Source of the DNA: a virus
Lineage: Duplodnaviria; Caudoviricetes
Length of the DNA stretch: 48,365 bases
Strand: one strand, 5' to 3'
IMG/VR virus record: IMGVR_UViG_3300020045_006172
Location: 1-48,365 of that record
Part shown: one piece after another, positions 20,501-28,300 of the stretch
Numbering within the stretch: the first letter of the stretch is position 1
How the letters are laid out: each line of letters opens with the position of its first letter
Translations under genes and position numbers: made by a program
The notes under the pieces: generated by a model
Told to the model about the DNA's origin: nothing
The model's database searches: none
The model's input: the letters and a program-made list of their open reading frames with translations, nothing else

Positions 20501-23500
20501 AGTTCTATTGCTATATTAAATGTACTTGAAAATGATAAATCTAAATTTTCTGATCAAATTAAAGAAGCTACAGGTAATAATAATTTAACTTATGCTCATG
20601 AAATAGCAGATGCTCAAGGTTTTATATCTTTAGATTTTTATAAAAAAGTAATAAGCGGTACATATGGCTGGACTGAAAATGATGAATATATCTATTCTAA
20701 ATTATCAGATAAAAATCATAAATATACTGACAAAGATATTAAATGGTTAAAATCAGCAGGTAGATCTATGCAGGCTTTAAAACTTACTGGATTTAATCTT
20801 GAAAATATATTAAATGAGAATGGAGATATAATAGGACAACAACCTGTTTATCTCAAATATTCTACTGCTGTATTAGCACCTGCAATTATAGGAGGAACTG
20901 ATTTAGAGAAATTATCTAATCAAATGCAAAAACAGAATGTAGATCAGGTAATATTTAAATCAGGTTCTAAAGCAAGTAATAAACAAGCTACTACAATCTT
21001 TAATAAAGAAGACGGCATATTTACTGGTCTTAAAGAAGATATGGTCTTAAATCCTTTTAAATTTAGTCTTGGAGGTTTAAAACTTCAAGTTGAATTACCT
21101 ACTAAATTTGATAAAGATGGCGTATTAGGAAATCAACATTTAAAAAATTTACTTGCTAATCTAGACTTAAATAATCCTGATAAAATATATAAATTTAGAG
21201 GTCAAAAATTATCTGCTAGAGAATTATATAATGAATATGATAAAACTATTAAAAATATCTTACAATTTCAATTAAATGAATTTGCTGATAAAATTAATAT
21301 TAATGATAGTAATAATATATTAGATTTTGATGAAACTAAATTAAGAGAATTAATAGTAGGTCAACTTGATATAAATGCAGATGGAGATTTAATAGATATT
21401 ATAAGCGATACAAGTTTACCATTAGAATCTATTCCAGGAATTGCACAGAGAGCTTTTCCTATTATATCAGGTTATATACACAAGAATGTAGGTAAAGTAA
21501 TAACTAATGCAGGTAGTGCTATACAAGTAGCTAATATTGGATTTGATAGAATATCTGATGAAGATAGTAATAATGTTATATATCTTTCAGAAGATAAAGA
21601 ATTAAGACCTCCTTTACCAATTACTAATGAAAAAGGAGAAATACTATATTTTGCTGAAGATGGTACAAGTTCCACTGATAAAACAAAAGGTAGAATGGAA
21701 ATACAAAAAGCAAGAATTATGTTACCTTTTTCTTCTATATATGATAAAACTGGATTAAGTTATGAACAACTTAAAAAAGCAATTGCAGAAAACAAAATAG
21801 ATAAAGAAATATTTAGAAATGTAATAGGTTATAGAATTCCTAATCAAAGTATATCATCAAATGATTCTATGGAAATAGTAGGTATATTACCTCCTAATAT
21901 GGGAGATACTGCTATAGTTTATCATGAGATTACAGCGAAAACTGGTAGTGATTTTGATATTGATAAAATGTATCTAATGATGCCTAACTTTAAATTAAAT
22001 AAAGATAATTCAGTAAATTATATTATTGATGCAGAACAAGATACTAATATTACTTCAAAAGGGCAACAGAATAAACTTATAGAACTTATGGGAAGTATAT
22101 TAAGTAATCAAAATACATATGATGATTTAATTTCTCCTCTTGATAGTGATATACCTAAAGAAGCAATTAATGAAGTTTTATATATTAAATCTATTATAAA
22201 TACAGAAGATTATGAAACTAAATTAAAAGAATTCAGATCTTTAAAAGATGAAAAAAAATCTAAGTTTTTAAAATCATTTGGGGATCAAAGAAAATTATCC
22301 CCGTTACAACAATTGGCTCCAGTAGCTATGGTTAGAAGTAGAGTTGATATGTTACAAGCTAAGAAATTAGTTGCAACTATGGCAAATCATATGACTGATA
22401 TACCTATGAGTCAAATAGTTAATCAAACTATTAAATATGATTTAGGTATTGATAGTTTTGAATTTAATAATATATTTACAAAAGGTTATGAAAATAATAA
22501 TGAATATAAATTAACTAAAATTGTAAGTTATTTGATGAATGCTGCTGTAGATGCTGCTAAAGATAATTACATTATAGAAGGTAACTTTAATAGTTATACT
22601 GCTAATGGTGCAATGGTAATGATTAGAATGGGTATAGATCCGGTTAATGTATTTAAAGTGTTACTTAATGAAGATATATTAAGATTATCTAAATTAAAAC
22701 AATTACAAACTCAAAAAATATCTAATATAAATACAGATGATTATTCTCAGGAATTATTAAATACTTATTCAAGAAACTTAGTTAATCATTTACAGACTAA
22801 TAAGATTGATTTTAATAACTTTATTAATACTAATGAAGATTTTAATAATAATTTAATATTAGGTTTTTGGAATATTATACAACTTGCAGGCAAAGAATTA
22901 AATAACGATATCGTAAGTAGCAAATCTGATAGCAATGGTGCAGGTAAGAATATATATGAACATCATGTTCTTTATAATAGATTGGAAAGATTAAATAAAG
23001 AATCAATAGGTTCTAATATAAATGATAATTTTGTTAGAGGATTAAAACTATTTAAAAATGGTTTGGATACTAATAATTTAGATTTTAAATTAGATTTAGA
23101 TGATAATTATACTTTTTTAGGAGCAATGATGAATAATAGTTTATTCTTAACTAATTTTATTACTAAGAAAATGTTTATAGAAAATACTGATAATTATAGA
23201 TATGTAGTAAATAGAATTAGTAATCAATTGGGAGAATCTTTACCTACAAGTTCAGATAATATTAAAACTATATCTAATTATTTATATCCTTTTATATTAT
23301 CTCAATCAGGACATAAATTGTATAATATAGATGAAAGTCAGGTAGATTATTTACAAAAAGAATTTCTTAATGAAGTAATTAATAAAAAAGCTTTAAATCC
23401 AGATAATTATTTCCTTAAAGAAGTATATATTGATCCTAATACTAATTTAATATCTTTTCCTAATTTTAAATACTATGATACAAATAGTAAAACATTATTA

Positions 23501-24637
23501 AAGGAAAGTTTAGAAAGATTGTATAATCAAAAAGATAACAAAGGTGTACTAACAGGTCCTTTATTTATTAATAAATTGGTTAAATATGCATTTTTAACTA
23601 CAGGGTTTAAACCTACATTCTTTTGTATGAATGAGTATTTACCTAAAAGTTATTTCTTAAATACTGGACATGGTTATTATATTAATAATCTTATAAATAG
23701 ATTAAATAATTCTTCTGAATTTATAGAAGATGAATTTATTCAAAAAGCTATGACTTTTATGGCTATTAATAATGAAACTAATTATAAAATAGTAGGTAAT
23801 TTATATAAAGCAGATGGATTAAATAGTAATCAAGCTGTTAGTAACAAACAAACTCTTGCTAAAGTAACAGTTAAGAATACTAATAATTTCTATCCTTTTA
23901 TTAGAATGAAACAATCAGGTGCTTTATATTTATTAAGTGATATTATTAATAATCAACCTGTTTATAACTTAATTAATTCTAATTCTGAAGAAGTAGATAC
24001 AGAAAGTAACAATAATCTTAAACGTAAAACAAAAGTTAAATTATTTGACTTAAATACCATTAAACCAGAAAATTTATTTAAAGGAGATTATACTAATAAT
24101 AGTTTATATATTCAACCAGAAATAGAATATGTATCAGAACTTAGTAGTATTTTTGAAGATAATAATTGGACAGTGGGAAATGATAGTGTATCTTTACAAG
24201 ATAATAATATATTAGAAAGTAATAATATGAATAATACTGATAAAGAATTAAAAAAAATAAAAATTATATTACAACCTCATAATATAGATAAAATATTATC
24301 TGGAAATAAAAGTACTACAATAAGAAAAACAGAACAAACAGGTTTAAATATTGGAGAATCTGGATTATTAATTCTAAGAGGTAATAATTATATAATTACT
24401 AATAGAGGTTATTTAAATATATTAGAAGCAGGAGGAAAAGATAAAATAATTTCATCAGAAGGTTTACAAAATGAATCCGAATTCATGTTTAAACAATCAA
24501 AAGATTGGGTTAATGGTAAAGATAAAATGTATGTATATGACATAACTCCTTTATCAAATGAAACATATGGTTTAAATCAAGAAGAATGGAATAATTTAAC
24601 AATTGAAGAACAAACTAGAATTAAGGAATGCAATTAA
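17531..24637 (+). CDS. virion-packaged DNA-dependent RNA polymerase (crAss-like vRNAP, phi14:2 gp66-like)
   Basis: Catalytic 'GSDFDIDK' (21944-21967) preceded by 'GYRIPNQ' and 'DAQGF'. The true start is probably ATG 17531, overlapping the upstream TAA (TAATG), rather than TTG 17525. Confidence 0.9.
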   Translation: MINCSTATAQGRIETRKESLLNKKLIAAFPDRLNSEGGSLLYDKLFTDQFIQFYGDWSNKEEKWVNYYKDKDYLFDELGEPKLYYLNNEYFFTNPKQERYILNKRYLSEKDKIETVNSLSLLYASKPDKSISNFVNDTLNKRKEVLLSQYDSIESNIEDNEDFLSEDQIQDLEFQLFKLNNSIVAIEKDMLENNDIFNSIVLGIETKLADFNIKYIDEADNKEDEDPNTNDEISNFTKESSEVRDTNNIDIEIKSLLSSIEDYNIDINNIETPKLSDILNLPIARPANEVKNKIMNTISNIVELEMIGSNTVLDPYNLMIDKLTERQLENNDLIIRDFLNKLNILYNSKSEIDKEAFKTKFVTSFYKAQNIFTITEISEEKDKLILRHIDPSNSQDKEAFVSNEITRGLYNKFNYSNSKQDINNNENYKEAARLLRNFKSKNDIIKGLELLNINFNTKTINDLYKNRENVLKDITKLYPLTLKELFTSLFEQDIKYFNTDIKSDIKTSAKGLKMILQAYTSSNLATQKNISKELINKDNFTPISILSNYESKNRNDLGDLSYFVGSKQRWMLSLVSGINKEILNWQAGNIKSLLAKRNRNLLFVDYLLDLDSVKKGLYAENSPENIQERTKRISNIKLIINSEVKKVNDSSPIQHKEIGEADLHMDIFFKMFNHKDEIYEKIDKQQGISQQINNSNKSRVINNYSFSADKGGSYSIGGLLEMNTNVIVNESGDLVSLGLDNENIIKNYLLGEFNNMLEHSKLIEGYLNKKTRKSKQEYLMQYLIPDYHYVSKLNTGTETITFNAEDENQVLDYNLINAGTWNKFSFFNSVYNNHKDEFDVLFTNNQGVKLADSKMRSHITNTLYQLAINDIIDIAKDNKDYLDKIIIESNIQNNTKLFQKETNIIGSKTDEMQYSYIINSIFNNLEMFSLFNGELSFYKQKGNTISMEDALKRGPAILTDGLYIRQSNKQDIQEYITYNNKKESIDKNKESSIAILNVLENDKSKFSDQIKEATGNNNLTYAHEIADAQGFISLDFYKKVISGTYGWTENDEYIYSKLSDKNHKYTDKDIKWLKSAGRSMQALKLTGFNLENILNENGDIIGQQPVYLKYSTAVLAPAIIGGTDLEKLSNQMQKQNVDQVIFKSGSKASNKQATTIFNKEDGIFTGLKEDMVLNPFKFSLGGLKLQVELPTKFDKDGVLGNQHLKNLLANLDLNNPDKIYKFRGQKLSARELYNEYDKTIKNILQFQLNEFADKININDSNNILDFDETKLRELIVGQLDINADGDLIDIISDTSLPLESIPGIAQRAFPIISGYIHKNVGKVITNAGSAIQVANIGFDRISDEDSNNVIYLSEDKELRPPLPITNEKGEILYFAEDGTSSTDKTKGRMEIQKARIMLPFSSIYDKTGLSYEQLKKAIAENKIDKEIFRNVIGYRIPNQSISSNDSMEIVGILPPNMGDTAIVYHEITAKTGSDFDIDKMYLMMPNFKLNKDNSVNYIIDAEQDTNITSKGQQNKLIELMGSILSNQNTYDDLISPLDSDIPKEAINEVLYIKSIINTEDYETKLKEFRSLKDEKKSKFLKSFGDQRKLSPLQQLAPVAMVRSRVDMLQAKKLVATMANHMTDIPMSQIVNQTIKYDLGIDSFEFNNIFTKGYENNNEYKLTKIVSYLMNAAVDAAKDNYIIEGNFNSYTANGAMVMIRMGIDPVNVFKVLLNEDILRLSKLKQLQTQKISNINTDDYSQELLNTYSRNLVNHLQTNKIDFNNFINTNEDFNNNLILGFWNIIQLAGKELNNDIVSSKSDSNGAGKNIYEHHVLYNRLERLNKESIGSNINDNFVRGLKLFKNGLDTNNLDFKLDLDDNYTFLGAMMNNSLFLTNFITKKMFIENTDNYRYVVNRISNQLGESLPTSSDNIKTISNYLYPFILSQSGHKLYNIDESQVDYLQKEFLNEVINKKALNPDNYFLKEVYIDPNTNLISFPNFKYYDTNSKTLLKESLERLYNQKDNKGVLTGPLFINKLVKYAFLTTGFKPTFFCMNEYLPKSYFLNTGHGYYINNLINRLNNSSEFIEDEFIQKAMTFMAINNETNYKIVGNLYKADGLNSNQAVSNKQTLAKVTVKNTNNFYPFIRMKQSGALYLLSDIINNQPVYNLINSNSEEVDTESNNNLKRKTKVKLFDLNTIKPENLFKGDYTNNSLYIQPEIEYVSELSSIFEDNNWTVGNDSVSLQDNNILESNNMNNTDKELKKIKIILQPHNIDKILSGNKSTTIRKTEQTGLNIGESGLLILRGNNYIITNRGYLNILEAGGKDKIISSEGLQNESEFMFKQSKDWVNGKDKMYVYDITPLSNETYGLNQEEWNNLTIEEQTRIKECN

Positions 24638-25389
24638 AATCAGGTATATACAAAATAACTAATATTATAAATAATAAAATATATATTGGTAGTAGTAAAA
24701 ATATTTTGAATAGAATTTGGAATCATAAAACTCTTTTAAGAAATAATAATCATCCAAATAAAAAACTTCAAAATTCTTTTAATAAATACAAAGAAGTTAA
24801 TTTTAAATTTGAAATCGTAGAATATTGCAAAATAGAAGAATTAATTATAAAAGAACAGAATTATATTGATGGATTAAATCCTTATTTTAATATATTAAAA
24901 ATAGCTTATAGTTCACTTGGTTATAAATATAATCAGGAACAAAGGAATAAAATGAATGTTATTAAATATAAAAATGGAAGTATAAAACTTTGTGATGAGA
25001 TTGTAATTAAAATTATTAAAGATATAAATTTAGAGAAATCATCTAATGAAATAGCAAATAAATATAATATTAATGTATCTATTGTATCTAGTATAAAATA
25101 TGGAAAAGCATGGAAACATCTAAGTAATTTAATTACATTTAATAATAGAATCTATAAAAAAATTAATAAATCTGAAAAATATTTAAATTTTATTAATAAT
25201 TTAAAAGGTGAAAATGCTTTAAATAGTAAGTTAAGAGAATTTGAAGTTATTGAAATATTAGACTTGATTAATAAGAAATATAAACTTAAAGAAATAGCTA
25301 ACTTATATAAAATCAAAATATCTACTATAAGTGAAATAAAACAAAATAGAACTTGGAAACATATTAAACGAATTAAAAATTGTAATTAA
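24628..25389 (+). CDS. free-standing GIY-YIG homing endonuclease with two C-terminal HTH-like repeats
   Basis: 'SGIYKITNIINNKIYIGSS...R...H' motif; repeated 'EIANxY.....IS.IK..+.WKH' modules. Confidence 0.9.
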   Translation: MQLKSGIYKITNIINNKIYIGSSKNILNRIWNHKTLLRNNNHPNKKLQNSFNKYKEVNFKFEIVEYCKIEELIIKEQNYIDGLNPYFNILKIAYSSLGYKYNQEQRNKMNVIKYKNGSIKLCDEIVIKIIKDINLEKSSNEIANKYNINVSIVSSIKYGKAWKHLSNLITFNNRIYKKINKSEKYLNFINNLKGENALNSKLREFEVIEILDLINKKYKLKEIANLYKIKISTISEIKQNRTWKHIKRIKNCN

Positions 25390-28300
25390 TGGCTATACAT
25401 TGTGTAAACCGTTCAAGTGCAGAATTTATTGCATTACAAGAACAAACAAATATTAATCCTATTATACTGGCTGCGAAGGTATCTATCTTCCAGTCAGATA
25501 ATGGGTTAGATAAATTTCCTTCTATTGAAGATTTAGATTTACAAGAAGACTTAATTATTAACTTAGATACCAACTTAGTTACTTTAAATATTAATGAAGT
25601 AAAACAATCTAATAATATAGAAAACTTAATTAATAAATTTTATTCTTTAAGAGATGATTCTACTTCATTATCTAATCAATTGATAGACTCTTACAATAAT
25701 AAACAAGATGATACTTTAAATATAACTGAACAAAAAATAGAGCTTATGAAACAAGCTTTAAATGCAGAAGTTATAGTTGATACAAGTATTACTGATTCAG
25801 GTCAATTATTACCAAGTAATCATCCATTAAGTAAAAAATACAATAAACCTGTAATTGTTATTAATCCAAATAACTTATTTGCAGATACTGTATTTCACGA
25901 ATTTGGTCACTTGTATATTGATTTACTTAAGGAAGATGATAGTGTCTTAAATGAAGCATATGAGCTTCTTAGAAGTACTGAGTTCTATAATCAAGTAGCT
26001 AAACAATATCCTGAATTAAATAGTGAACAATTAGATAAAGAAGTACTTGCTACGGCATTAGGATTAGAAGGCGATAAAATATTCAAACAAGATTTAAGAT
26101 CTTTATCTATTTGGCAAAAACTTAAAAATTATATTCTTAATAAATTAAGAGATATATTTAATATTGAACCTAATGCTTTAGAACAATTAGCTTCTGAATT
26201 AGTAAGAAATAATGTTAGAGTAAATAATACTAATGATTTTAATTCTACTATTTTACAAAGGAGTAAATATATTATTGAAGATAATGATAGTTTAAATAAA
26301 CAAAAACAAGTATCTGATTTATTAGATAAAATTCAATCTGATTTTACTAAGGAAACTATAGAAGATGAAAATATTTATAAAGATAAAGAAGGTAATATTT
26401 ATAATAATTCAGTAACTAAAAATATATCTAAATATAAAAAAAGATATAATAGTTCTGATAAAGGAGATTATGAAATGAAATTTGATAAAACTCTTTATAA
26501 TAAAGATAATATTTTGTTTCAGTTAAATTCTCCTAAATTACCTCTTGCTCTTACTAAGGCTTTAAATGATTTAGTTAATGATAGAATTAAAAGTGATTTT
26601 AATAAGAATCCTGAAGATAAAAACTGGTTAGATTCTTATAATAGAGAAATTAATAATACTGCTGAAATAGATGAATTAGATGTTTTGGCAAATAATTTAT
26701 TAAGTACACAAGGAGTAGATAATAGTTTTACTGGTAGTTTATTAAAACATTTTGATGTTATAATTAATAAAGCAGACGAATATCAAGGAAGATATAATCA
26801 AGCACCTATTGTAGGTAGTATAGTTCATAATGCTATTGAAAATTATATAAATGATAATACTGCTTTTCCTAATAATATTATAGATTTAAATAATAAATTA
26901 ATTAATCAAATTAAATCTATAGTAGATAAAGGAAGAGAAAATGGTTCTATATTTAAAACAGAACAAATATTGTATTCTGAAAATAGACAAGTTCCTGGTA
27001 CAGCAGATTTAATTGAAATTACTAAATCAGGAGAAGTTATTATTTATGATTATAAAACAACTGATAATTTAAAATGGGGTAAATTTGATAAATCAGATGA
27101 AAGCTTATATTTTAATAAAGGATATATTCATCAGTTATTATCTTATGGAGCAATATTAAATCAATATGGAATTAATTTAACATCTGATCCATATCATATT
27201 ATATTAGCAGAAGTAGGTTATTCCAATGTACAAACTACTGATAATCTTATTACTATTAAAGAAGTGAGAAGTAAATCTTTAAGTGATAAAAACTTATTAA
27301 GTTTATTAAATTCAGCCAGAAATAGTATATATAATGATTTTGCCAGTACCTCACAATTAGATAATATTAATATAAAACCAGATATTCAAAATTTAAGTGA
27401 TTTAGTAAATAGAATTAATAATTATATAAAAGTATATAAGAAAAGAACTAAAAATTTAACTAGTAATTTAGACGCCAGTAATATTGATAAAATACAAGAT
27501 GATTTAATTAAACAAAAAGATCTTGAAAAAAGTATTAATGAATATGTTGCTAAAAATAATCAGATTATTATTAATTCTTATGTAAATAATATACAAGATG
27601 CATTAGGTTTATTAGAATCTCAAAAAGAATTTATAGGAGAAAATTTATCTTCTGAATATTTACAAAGTTTAAATTATGTTCTTCAATCTACAGAAGCTTT
27701 AGGAGATATTAAAAAACTATTAGAAGATGGTAATAATGAAATAACTCTTAATGATAAAATTAAATTACTATCTACAATAGATAAAGCTTTATTAATTATT
27801 AATAATAATAAAAATTATTACAAAGATAAATTACAAAGATTAGCAATTAATTCTTTTGTAGAAAATAGTAATTTAATGTATGGATTATATAGAGAAAAAT
27901 ATCAATTAGAAGCCAAAAAGAAAGGTTTACGAGGCAAAGATGTTATTGAAGAATATGTAACTAAACAATTAAAATCTAATGAAACTGAAATAAAAATTAA
28001 AGAAATTAATTATTGGACTAAACAATATGAAGATGGATTTACTGATTTGAGATTTTTAGAATATTTAGTTGCAGATCCAGGTATATCTAAATCTCAGTTT
28101 GTTCAACTAGTTAAAAATATATTAGATAAAACAGATCAATCTATTAGAAATAAAATGCTTGATGTTATTCCTGATATAGCTAATTGGTATGATAATTTAG
28201 AATTTGAAAAAACTGGAGATCCTAGAAAAGTATGGTCTAAATTTATAGATAATAAAACTATTATTAATGCTGAGACTGGTAAAACAGAAACTAAATTAGC

